Source: Antedon mediterranea
Lineage: Eukaryota > Animalia > Echinodermata
Direction: 5' to 3'
DNA length: 64,000 nt
NCBI RefSeq assembly: GCF_964355755.1
Contig: NC_092670.1
Span: 2,594,201 to 2,658,200, forward strand
Part shown: piece by piece, positions 1 through 13,100 of the stretch
Layout: each line of letters opens with the position of its first letter
Numbering within the stretch: the stretch's first letter is position 1
Program-made: the position numbers and the translations under genes
The notes under the pieces: model-generated
Database searches by the model: none
The model's input: only the letters and a program-made list of their open reading frames with translations
Told to the model about the DNA's origin: nothing

Positions 1-1078
1 CTAGAAAACCGCGACGTTTCATTGACCGTGAGAGAGTACGTCAGAGTGATATTATGCACTTTATATGCACTCATTATTGCCAGCGATCTAACTTACTACT
101 AAACAATAGCTAGGTTCGCACTTGTCTGGCGGTATCCCTTTGTACGAATCGTTCAACGTTGGGTCGAGACGCGTGATATCATGTTCCATCCAGGGACCAA
201 AATGTGTACTGTAGTTATTTTCCAGGCGAAGTTTACTGACGGTTACGTCGTGTACTGCGTCGACGTACGCTACACTACAGCAAAATTTTTTTAATTTACA
301 AGTAACATTCTGTACCGTAGGGCACCTAAAATAAATTTTTCATCCATTACTAAACAAAAAAACATGCCATTTTCGCTTAGCCAACATCTTATTATAGCTA
401 AGTTATTACATTTTCAATGTCCTGTATGTCATGAATTTCTCACCACTCGGAAGTCCAGATGGTACGCACGCATACACTTGGGAGGAATAAACTTATTTCC
501 CCCGACTGAAAAAGGTCTACGCTTGCGTTTTTTAAGCATCTATGCCTGATGTTTCGGAAGTATGAAATGCAATTTTTTGAAGACCTGCAGCTCTAGTTTT
601 AAACAGTTTCTTAGCTCAGCCCCAACAATAAAGCTGGTCATATTTCGAAGTACAAGAAGTGCATTTTCCGGGACCTAACATCTCTATTTTTCAAACATTT
701 CTTAACTCAGTCACAACCTTGATAGGGACTTATATATTTTGTTTCATGTTTTTGAAGTATAATTTCTAAATTTTCTTTGAACTTTTATTTTTTAAATTGA
801 AAAATATGGATTGAAACAGTCATCGCGCATCGTTTTTTTGCACGCAGTATTTTATTTATGCATTATAAAAAATGGAAAAAATGGCTACCCTAAATCTGAT
901 TAAAATGACCTCAAATGACGCTAGAACGCGTTGCTTCCGGGGGCCTCGCCCCCTGGACCCCCACCGGGGGCCCTTGGCGGCCCCCTGGCCCCCAGCCTAG
1001 TGATGCTCGCTTCGCTCGCATAGCCCCCTCGTCGGGGAATGTAGCCCCCGTGTCGGGAAGATCCTGGCGCCACCCCTG
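1..1078 (-). mobile_element. Non-autonomous hAT-like DNA transposon, copy 1 (cut by window start), intronic
   Basis: Reverse complement of 5010-~6087 with only isolated substitutions seen; ends in TIR ...CTGGCGCCACCCCTG at 1078. Confidence 0.9.
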
Positions 1079-1183
1079 CCCAGAACCCTGAATTTAAAAA
1101 GTCTGATCTTCAGCCCAAAGTATTCAAGGTGATGTTTGTTCATTTTTTACATTTTTGGCTCATAAATTAAAATACTTTTTTAG

Positions 1184-4100
1184 GTTGAAGCATGGTTGAA
1201 CAAACTTCAAGACGCGATGCGTCAGACGGTTCGTTTAACATTCAATGAGGCCGTTGTAGCGTATGAAGAGAAGCCAAGAGAGTACTGGCTGTATGATTAT
1301 GCAGCGCAGGTTGCACTGGCTACCACACAGATCTGGTGGACAACAGAAGTTGGAATTGCATTTGGCAGGCTGGAAGAAGGTCATGAAAATGCTCTTAAGG
1401 AATACAATAAGAAACAGGTAATGTAGCAATGTAATTATAGTATATGAATACTTATAACATGCCGTAAATAAGAGTCCTTGTTGTGTGTTTTTGTTGGTTT
1501 TATTTTGTATTTACAATAACCATTGAGAGAACATACCAGGATACGCATACTGCTGAAACAGCTTTTTCCAATGGAGTCCTATTAACAAGCAAAATAACTA
1601 TTGCAAGAACAACATTGAAATTTACACAAAAAAATGTGCAAATGTGTCTTTTATGCATACATAACCGACAGCGTAATGTCCTATCTGAAGGATGAAGCAA
1701 TAAATGTGAAGTATTTCAGCTGATGACATAGATGAGAGGAAGGTGTCTAACTTACACACATACCTGATCATTGTCATTGTGTCTTGTAATTATGAGAGGT
1801 GTTTACCAATCAAATTATTAATGTTATATATTGTATGACTTTTTAGGTTACACAACTCAACACTTTGATCACGATGTTAATCGGGAATCTGACACCAGGT
1901 GACCGCCAAAAGATCATGACCATCTGTACCATCGACGTGCACGCACGTGATGTGGTTGCAAAACTGATTGCAATGAAGATCGATAGCGCTCAAGCGTTCC
2001 AGTGGCTCAGTCAGTTGCGTCATCGATGGGATGATGAACGTAAGCAGTGTTATGCTAACATCTGTGACGCTCAATTTAGGTACTCGTATGAGTATCTCGG
2101 GAACACCGCTAGGCTTGTTATCACTCCACTAACTGATAGGTACGTTTCATAGTTTGTTATTCAACACAAAGAGAGTATTGCATATGATTGTGTAGTCTTT
2201 GGAGGAATCACTGCATGTTTAAAAATGAGAATTATTTTATTCCAGGTGCTATATTACCCTCACACAATCGCTGCATTTAACAATGAGTGGTGCTCCAGCT
2301 GGTCCTGCTGGAACCGGTAAAACAGAAACAACCAAAGATTTAGGTCGGGCACTTGGAATCATGGTCTACGTATTCAACTGCTCTGAACAAATGGACTATA
2401 AGGTAAAGTCTACACTATCAAACTTCACTATCAAAATGTGATGTGCCCATATATGGACATAATGATGTCATATCACTACCGTATTTAAGCATATCACTAC
2501 CATAATTGTGCACATCACACTTTTTTGTCAAACTAGTTTGATAGTGTAGACAGAGCTTTGATAATATCCTCAATGTTTAATGATGGTATAATTTTTTATG
2601 AAATTAATTTTGTTTTATCATGCAATATATATATATATATACATATATTAATGAAATCACGATTTTTAAAATAAAACTTTGATTTGTTTTCTAGTCTTGT
2701 GGTAACATCTATAAAGGTTTGTCTCAAACTGGTGCTTGGGGTTGCTTTGATGAGTTCAACAGAATCTCTGTAGAAGTATTGTCTGTTGTGGCTGTACAGG
2801 TAAGACTATGGAATGACCTTAGTAGAATTTTGAGTTTGAGTTTCTGTATTAAGCAATCATGGTCAATTAAAATACTTTACATAAATATAAACAAGCTCAA
2901 ATAGAAAAATCATGACAAAAATAAATTGTGTATTGGAATAGACCTTGATCAAGAAAAATTATTTCCACTTTGGTCCTGAAATGGTTTTCTGAAGTAAGTT
3001 CAGATTTGTACAATTAAGATCTCTGCAAAACTTTTTCAGTATCACCTGTTCAATTATGCTAATTTCATGTTAATTTGATCTTTTTCAGGTCAAGTGTGTC
3101 CAGGATGCAATTCGGGATAAAAAGAAACGTTTTAACTTCATGGGAGAAGAGATCAACTTGGTTCCCACTGTTGGAATATTTATCACTATGAATCCAGGTT
3201 ATGCCGGCAGGACTGAACTGCCAGAGAATCTGAAAGCACTCTTTAGGTAGTTGAATAAAGCTTATTATTCAGTAATCAAGAGTTTTAAACAATAATATTG
3301 TAAAACAGAAAAGAACAGGCCTTGATTACATAGGAAGTCCAAGAAAATTTAACCACTTATTTTCCTTGGATCCTTAGATACAAAGAACTAAAACATTGCA
3401 CACAAACCAGAAAAATAGAATTGGTGTATATGTTAATCAGCAACATATCAGAAGCTATAAATTATACTAGTTTGGATCACCTTAATAATGGTTTGTTTTG
3501 TTTTTTAGGCCATGTGCTATGGTGGTTCCAGATTTTGAACTGATTTGTGAGATCCTGTTGGTGGCTGAAGGTTTCCTTGATGCTAGGCTACTGGCGAGGA
3601 AATTCATTACACTCTACACCCTCTGTAAAGAGTTGTTATCAAAACAGGTTAGAAATTAGCTAAACTTTGTATGAATGTGAACCCGAGTCTACTCAGCTGT
3701 AAAGAAGGTGGCATGGAAAGGAACTGGCCACCCTACCAAATAATGCTAAGGTTTAGAATAATGAGCTCTTAACTGCTCATTACCCTGTGTTCTGTAAATG
3801 AATACAAGACTTACCTTTACTATTAATAACTTAATGACACATGATTTCAGGATCATTATGATTGGGGGTTACGTGCAATTAAATCTGTATTGGTCGTTGC
3901 CGGTTCACTGAAGAGAAGCGACAAGCAGCGTCCAGAAGACCAGGTGCTAATGAGGGCGCTTCGTGATTTCAACATCCCCAAGATCGTTACCGATGACATG
4001 CCAGTATTTATGGGATTGATTGGCGATCTTTTCCCATCGTTGGATGTGCCACGTAAGAGAGACTTGAACTTTGAGAAGGTCGTAAAACAGTCTACCATCG

Positions 4101-7100
4101 ATCTGAAACTACAAGCAGAAGATAACTTTGTGTTGAAAGTTGTACAGTTGGAAGAATTACTTGCAGTCAGGCATTCTGTATTTGTCATTGGTAATGCAGG
4201 AACCGGTAAAACACAGGTAAAAGCATTCATACTTTAACTCCGGTATAAAGGGTCCGGCGAATCGAACCGTGCCGGAACAGGTGTGAAAGACACTTAAGAC
4301 TGTATCACACAGTGTTCAACTAAAATTCTAATTTTGAGGTAGTTTTTAAGACGAAAATTCTTACAACTTTTTTTTTCCTGGTTCACAGGTATTGAAAGTA
4401 TTAAATAAAACATATGCAAATCTGAAACGCAAACCGGTGTTCATCGATCTTAACCCGAAAGCTGTTACAAACGATGAACTGTTTGGTATCATCAACCCAG
4501 CAACACGAGAATGGAAAGATGGTCTGTTTTCCACCATCATGCGAGACATGAGTAACATCTCACATGATGGACCCAAATGGATCGTGTTAGATGGTGACAT
4601 TGATCCTATGTGGATTGAGTCACTTAACACCGTCATGGATGACAACAAGGTGAGGTCTTATTCACTTGTTTATTGAATGTTTACCACAATTAAGCAGTAA
4701 ATGCTTATTAAAGCTTACAGATTGATACTTGATCAATTACCATACACATTGTTCTAATAAAATGTTAAGATGCTTTCAAAAATAATTCTTGTCCTATGAC
4801 TGGAACAGTATTGTTAAACAAGTAGTAGTGTTAAAATAACACCGCAGAGCTATACCATTTTGTGTGATGATTTTTTTTAACATAATTCAAATAATTAAAC
4901 TGTTTTTCTTTGTATAGGTGCTAACATTGGCCAGTAATGAACGTATTCCATTAACACCCAGTATGCGTCTACTGTTTGAAATTAGTCATCTGAAAACTGC
5001 TACCCCAGCCAGGGGTGGCGCCAGGATCTTCCCGACACGGGGGCTACATTCCCCGACGAGGGGGCTATGCGAGCGAAGCGAGCATCACTAGGCTGGGGGC
5101 CAGGGGGCCGCCAAGGGCCCCCGGTGGGGGTCCAGGGGGCGAGGCCCCCGGAAGCAACGCGTTCTAGCGTCATTTGAGGTCATTTTAATCAGATTTAGGG
5201 TAGCCATTTTTTCCTTTTTTTATAATGCATAAATAAAATACTGCGTGCAAAAAAACGATGCGCGATGACTGTTTCAATCCATATTTTTCAATTTAAAAAA
5301 TAAAAGTTCAAAGAAAATTTAGAAATTATACTTCAAAAACATGAAACAAAATATATAAGTCCCTATCAAGGTTGTGACTGAGTTAAGAAATGTTTGAAAA
5401 ATAGAGATGTTAGGTCCCGGAAAATGCACTTCTTGTACTTCGAAATATGACCAGCTTTATTGTTGGGGCTGAGCTAAGAAACTGTTTAAAACTAGAGCTG
5501 CAGGTCTTCAAAAAATTGCATTTCATACTTCCGAAACATCAGGCATAGATGCTTAAAAAACGCAAGCGTAGACCTTTTTCAGTCGGGGGAAATAAGTTTA
5601 TTCCTCCCAAGTGTATGCGTGCGTACCATCTGGACTTCCGAGTGGTGAGAAATTCATGACATACAGGACATTGAAAATGTAATAACTTAGCTATAATAAG
5701 ATGTTGGCTAAGCGAAAATGGCATGTTTTTTTGTTTAGTAATGGATGAAAAATTTATTTTAGGTGCCCCACGGTACAGAATGTTACTTGTAAATTAAAAA
5801 AATTTTGCTGTAGTGTAGCGTACGTCGACGCAGTACACGACGTAACCGTCAGTAAACTTCGCCTGGAAAATAACTACAGTACACATTTTGGTCCCTGGAT
5901 GGAACATGATATCACGCGTCTCGACCCAACGTTGAACGATTCGTACAAAGGGATACCGCCAGACAAGTGCGAACCTAGCTATTGTTTAGTAGTAAGTTAG
6001 ATCGCTGGCAATAATGAGTGCATATAAAGTGCATAATATCACTCTGACGTACTCTCTCACGGTCAATGAAACGTCGCGGTTTTCTAGGCGCTGAAGCTAG
6101 CTACGAAGTGAACGCGAACGCTTTTTACTGTATATTATATTCCCCGACAAAAAGTACCCGTGTTTCCTTCGGTAACCGTCGGTAAACTTCGCCTGGAAAA
6201 TAACTACATTACACATTTTGGTCCCTGGATGGAACTTGATATCACGCGTCTCGACCCAACGTTGAACGATTCGTACAAAGGGATACCGCCAGACAAGTGC
6301 GTACCTAGCTAATGTTTAGTAGTAAGTTAGATCGCTGGCAATAAATGAATGCATAAAAGTGCATAATAGCCCTCTGACGTACTCTCACGGTCAATGGAAC
6401 GTCGTGGTTTTCTAGGCGCTGAAGCTATATGAAGTGAACGCGAACGTTTTTTACTGTATATTATATTCCCCGACAAAAAGTACCCCTGTTCCCCGACGGG
6501 GGGGCTAGGCTCCCCGACGAGGGGGCTGGAGCCCCCGTAGCCCCCCCGCTGGCGCCACCACTGACCCCAGCCACTGTATCTCGAGCTGGTATTCTCTACA
6601 TCAATGCCTCTGATCTCGGCTGGAATCCGTAAGACTTGTTGCATATACATCTTTGATAGCTAGTGCTTTGAAGTGTACAAAAATAATAGTATATATTGAA
6701 GTAGCTATTGTAAAAAAATTCACACTTCTTTTTTTCTTCAGCGTTGTTACAAGCTGGATAGACACAAGAGAAGTGCAGTCAGAGAGAGCAAACCTTACCA
6801 TTTTGTTTGACAAGTACTTACCTGCAATGCTAGAAACCATGCGTGTGCGATTTAAGAAGATTATTCCTATTCCAGGTAACCACACAGATTACTCGCTCTC
6901 ATTAGTGATTTTATTTTCAAATACAATTTTGCATTTTGAGAAAGAGCTGAATAATATTAATTGCGTTCTTCACTGACCCACAGCACCCATAAATATTATT
7001 GATCATGTCAAGATTGTTCTACTGCAGTTATTGAACTACTTCTTGTGTTCATGAAAAGAGATACATTGTCAGTCTTATTTTTTTATCACACTATTTTTAT

Positions 7101-10100
7101 CCTTTCAGAACAAAGTATGGTACAAATGTTATGCTACCTTCTAGAATGCCTGCTAACACCTGAAAACACACCTCCAGACTGTCCAAAAGAACTTTACGAA
7201 CTTTACTTTGTGTTTGCTTCCATCTGGGCGTTTGGTGGTGCCATGTTCCAAGATCAGCTGGTAGACTATCGGGTAGAGTTCAGCAAGTGGTGGGTCACTG
7301 AGTTCAAGACCATTAAATTCCCCAGCCAGGGAACTGTCTTTGATTATTACATCGATCGGGATTCCAAAAAGTTCTTGCACTGGTCTGAAAGAGTTCCAGT
7401 CTTTGAGCTTGATCAGGAGATGCCCCTACAGGTAACGGTCCGCTTTTCTCATACAGCATACTATTCATTTCATGTTAGACCATCGTCTAAAAATATTTGG
7501 AAAGTCGGCTTTGTTTAGTAATAATAAATGTGTTATGTATGTATCAATACTTCTGCTCATGTACCATTGCCTACATGATTTGCGTACATGATTAGTACAA
7601 ACTTAATAGAAAGTTTAGGCAGGAAAAAATAAATGCGTTACCATTGCCTCATTTGGCTCTATTTGCCACACTAAAAACTTCAAACTCTACATTAAACTTA
7701 TCTCATTTCAAATTGTTAGGCTGTCCTTGTGCACACAGCAGAAACAACACGTGTACGGTTCTTCGTTGATCTGTTAATGGCCAATGGCCGTCCAGTCATG
7801 CTAGTTGGTAATGCCGGTCTTGGTAAGAGCGTACTTGTTGGCGATAAACTAAACTCACTGTCTGAAGACTACATGGTTGCTAATGTACCATTCAATTACT
7901 ACACAACCTCTGAAATGTTGCAACGTAATTAAGTTTCATTTAACATTTCATTCCTTCTTTATTCTGCAGGCACTTTCAGTACTAGTGCACTGATTTTTAA
8001 AGTGGTTCAGTAATTGGAAATATTATAACAAACATGATAAAGTAAAGACAAAATCAAAATTATAAATAGAGAAAATATACACTAAAAATGGAAATCAATT
8101 TTAGAAAAGAAAACTTAAATTTCTCTACGAATGTTTGTGAGATGAGAATAAAATCATTATTTTTATTCTAGTCAACATTAAACATTGTTACTTGATGAAG
8201 AGAAAAGTCGATTACAATGTATGTTGTCCATGGTTTTGTATTCATTATGTCACACAATGCAAGCACGAAAGACTTAACTTAATTGTCATTTATAATTAGG
8301 TGTTTTGGAGAAACCATTGGAGAAGAAAGCTGGACGTAACTATGGTCCTCCAGGAACTAAGAAGCTTGTCTACTTCATTGATGACATGAACATGCCAGAG
8401 GTAACTTTTTATTTTATTTAACGTTTAAAATCCTAATTATTGGCTAATCACCAAAATATAATATTTTATGTTTATTCTCTAATATAACTATCTGCAGTTA
8501 TTGTTAATGTTATTATATATTCAGGCAAAAGATTTTACAAAATATAATACAAATTAATCAAACACGATACAAGGAGAAAATATAAAATCAATCGCTATAA
8601 ATGAAATACAAAATCTTAATAAACAGGTTGATACGTATGGCACAGTACAACCCCATACTTTGATACGTCAGCACATGGATTACAGACATTGGTATGACAG
8701 AGTAAAGCTAAGTCTGAAAGAGATCCACAACTGTCAATACATCTCTTGCATGAACCCAACATCTGGAAGCTTCACCATCAATTCCAGACTTCAGCGACAC
8801 TTCTGTGTGTTTGCTCTTAGCTTCCCTGGTCACGATGCTCTCACCACTATATACAACAGTATCTTCAGCCAACATCTGAGCCTGACAGGGTGTACCACTA
8901 ACATTCAGAAGATGAGTCTTACAGTCGTGACGGCAGCTCTTGATCTGCACAAGAAGATCACCAGTGCCTTCCTACCAACAGCCGTCAAGTTTCATTACAT
9001 CTTTAATCTTAGAGATCTCTCAAACATCTTTCAGGTATTCAATTTGTTCTTTTACGTTCATTTTTTTTTTGTCAATAGTTTTGTATGCTGTAAACAGCCT
9101 TAAAAACACTGTATAGTGACTATGTTTTTTCTCTTTTGGAATATTGCTATATTATTTCAGCATTTATTAGGCTCAGTCTACACTATCAAACTTGTTTGAC
9201 TAAAAAAGTGTGATGTGCCCAAATTTGGTAGTGATATGCTTAAATATGGTAGTGATACAACATCATCATGTCCATCTTTTTGTCACATAAAGTTTGATAG
9301 TGTAGACAGAGCTTTATATTTGTTTTTTAAGTCATATAAGATCAGAATAATTAACATGACCATTATTATATTTTGTTATTTGTTTCATTTTGCATATATT
9401 TAGGGTTTGTTATTCTCTAGTCCTGAGTGCCTGAAGACGCCAAGTGATCTTATTCGTCTTTGGATGCATGAGTCAGATCGTGTGTATGGCGACAAAATGA
9501 TTGATGAGAAAGACATTGAAACATTCCAGAAAACATTAGTAGATTTTGGCAAAAAGTACTTTGAGGTTAGTATTCAAATTAAATAAATACCAAGAATTTT
9601 TAATTTTAGAAACAATAATTATTTAAAGACATTTTAAACAATTATTTTAAACATATAGGAACTACATTTCGTTTTTGATTTCAATGTTTTTTATGTTTTT
9701 TTCTGGTGAGACACCTAAATCAGCAACAGAAGCTTATGTGGGGTTTTTGTCACCCCTTGGCACATTAAGCTATTTTTTGTTGTGTGATTGACATTGGCTT
9801 AATTACTATCTTACTACACAATTCAAGCTCGTAGCCAGGATTTTTATAGGGGATTCATTTTTTAACAAAATGGGAAAAATTTTCACAATTTAGGCTTGTT
9901 AGGCCTATTTACTATTATTTCTGCTGCTGATCTCTAATTGAAAAGGGCACTTCAGGCAAAAAGTGGGTTCGTTCGTTATTATTGGTAATACAGTATGTTA
10001 TATAATTTATGTTTTCTTATCATTTTAATATTTTTCTTTTAGGATGTTGATGAAGAAACTTTTACAAAAAAGCCAAACATCTTCTGCCATTTTGCGTCAG

Positions 10101-13100
10101 GAATTGGGGATCCAAAATACCTTGGTGTTGCTGGCTGGGAAGAGCTTAGCAAGATCCTTATGGAAGCACTGGATAGCTACAATGAAATCAATGCTGTCAT
10201 GAACCTTGTGCTGTTTGAAGATGCCATGCAGCATGTGTAATGTGTATTTTAAATAATGTATCTCTGTTGAGTAGAAGGCCTGTGTTTTAATAGTCAAATA
10301 CAACAAATAAAATATTCTTTTAGATAAAATTCAGTACATATTGTAGTAAAAAAATTAAAATAGAGTGACTCTGAAAGAAATGTTGGTATATGGCATAATT
10401 CTTCTTTTGGAAACACATGGTGTACCGCAAACATAACTACATCCATGGCGTAATTGCTGAATTTTTATTTTTTAGCTGTCGTATCAATCGTATACTGGAG
10501 TCTCCTCGTGGCAACGCTCTGCTGGTTGGTGTTGGTGGCAGTGGTAAGCAGAGTTTGGCTCGTCTTGCAGCGTACATCAGTAGTTTAGATGTTTTCCAGA
10601 TTACACTGAAGAAAGGTTATGGAATACCTGATCTTAAGGTAAATTTTACTAATTTTTAATTATTAATTATTAATTAACACTGGGGTACAATTCTGCTCTA
10701 ATTTAATGGTGACACACATAAACGCGACTACCAATTAAAGTGACCACCAAACAAAAACAGGATAAAAACAAAAGCACATCATTTTTTGAAACAAAAAGAT
10801 TATTATTTATTTTGATCATTTCCAGGTAAATCAAACCTTACAATTAACACCTGTAGTGGTGTAGTTATGTGAATTATAATTATAACATATTATGTTGATC
10901 GTTTCAGGTTGACTTGGCTGCCCAATGTCTGAAAGCTGGTATGAAAGGAGTTGGCACCATGTTCTTGATGACAGATGCACAGGTAGCAGATGAGATCTTC
11001 TTGGTCTTGATCAACGATCTCTTGGCATCTGGTGAGATTCCAGACCTGTTTCCAGATGATGAAGTTGAGAATATCATTGGTGGTGTAAGGAATGAAGTGA
11101 AGTCTACTGGTTTGCAAGACACAAGAGAAAACTGCTGGAAGTTCTTCATTGAGAGGCTCAGAAAGCAATTGAAAGTAAGATGAGAGAAGATAGATTACAC
11201 ATGTCTGGTTCTTTTACATCAACTAATTATGGCCAAGTTATTACGATAATAAGGATAATATGAATATGTCAGAATGTGTAATATCATTTATTTTTCTTTT
11301 TGTAGGTTGTGTTGTGCTTTTCACCCGTTGGTAACACTCTTCGTGTTAGAAGCCGTAAGTTCCCTGCAGTTGTCAACTCCACATGTATCGATTGGTTCCA
11401 TGAGTGGCCAGAAGAGGCTCTGGTATCTGTCAGTCAGAGATTCCTTGAAGAAATTGAGTTACTACCGGTAAGTAAGAAAGTCTCTTTCCTCAATAAAACA
11501 TGTTTGTGACACAAAAAAACTGTAGAGTGTCCCAACATCAGTGATTAGCATCAAAGTTTTTTAATTTAGACCTAAAATGAATTAATAAATATATATAAAA
11601 CGTATGAAACCGTACTGAGTATGATCAACTAGACGCGAACTAGCCACCCATTCATAGAAGTAGTCTTTCTGTATGGTGACTGTAGACTGGACCTGACTTA
11701 AACTTTTAGCTGATCATTATATTAAAATAATAAATATAATGTTGTTGTTTTTGATGTGATATATGATGTCATTTATTGATATGTTTTCTTCAGAGAGATA
11801 TCAAATTATCAGTGGCACAGTTCATGTCGTATGTACACACGAGCGTAAACGAGACAAGCAAAATGTACCTGCAGAATGAGAGACGGTATAACTACACAAC
11901 ACCTAAGAGTTTCCTTGAACAGATAAAGTTGTACCAGAGTTTACTGACGGTCAAGAGTCTTGAACTGACTGCCAAGATGGAACGTCTGGAAAATGGCTTA
12001 ACCAAACTACAGAGTACAGCACAGCAGGTATTTTACTTGTTTAATTTGGCTTGCAAGCTTCTTTCTCTTAAGATGAAGAACATGCCATTTCCCATCTGTG
12101 ATTCCAGTTTTTTTAGTATTTGAGCTCTTTTTTTAAAATGAGAGATAAAAGGGAATATTGTATTTTCGTAATTTATACTAGTTCTTTAATTAATTGTCAA
12201 TTAGGTGGATGACCTGAAAGCCAAGTTAGCCTCTCAAGAAGTTGAACTTACTCAGAAGAATGAGGATGCTGACAAACTAATCCAGGTAGTTGGTATTGAG
12301 ACAGAGAAGGTGAGCAAAGAAAAGGTGATGGCAGCTGAGGAAGAGAAGAAGGTAGCAGTGATTGCGGAGGAAGTCGGCAAGAAAGCTAAAGAATGTGAAA
12401 CTGATCTTGCCAAAGCGGAACCTGCCCTCATTGCAGCACAAGAGGCTCTTAACACCCTCAATAAGGTACATTGACTGAATCTTGTTTCTGTGTTAGAAAG
12501 AGCTTTTATATTTGATTTATTCAATTTTGGCACAACAAATATTACAGAAAAATACAAAAATATATCCAATGTAAGCAAAACACATAGGATTGCCAAAAGT
12601 GAACTTAATCGTGTTAGAAGACAGAAATACAAATACATATAAAATATATTAGAATGGCAGTATCCATCAATAATCATCCTTTGTCTATTTTTAGAACAAC
12701 CTCACTGAGCTGAAGTCTTTTGCTACACCCCCATCAGCTGTACTTATGGTCACAGCAGCTGTTATGTGTCTCCTCGCTCCAAATGGCAAAGTACCAAAAG
12801 ACCGTGGCTGGAAAGCCGCTAAATCCATGATGCAAAAGGTAAAATATTTTTTTCACTAAAAAACATGATAATTATATTGTGAGGGGTTTGTGGTTGTAGA
12901 TTTGAAAATAATATATAAACAGTTTTCCTTCAATAATAAATCTAACTTCTTTAATTATTATTTTCTCTCTTGGATTCTTAAGTATGGAGAAGTATGTTCT
13001 TACATTCTTTAAAAGCTTTTTTCTTCATTCATTTCTTTCTACAATTTTATTGCACATTTTTTGCTACTGTACTTTTCAGTAAAGTTACACATTTCACTAT

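Noticed and set aside
364-549. 61-aa ORF duplicated at 5539-5724
   Set aside because: Identity is explained by the two element copies; no recognisable domain.
5008-6570. Exact excision of the exonic element through a GC donor at 5008
   Set aside because: GC(5008)-AG(6570) splicing loses one base and frameshifts; only the GT at 5015 keeps the frame.
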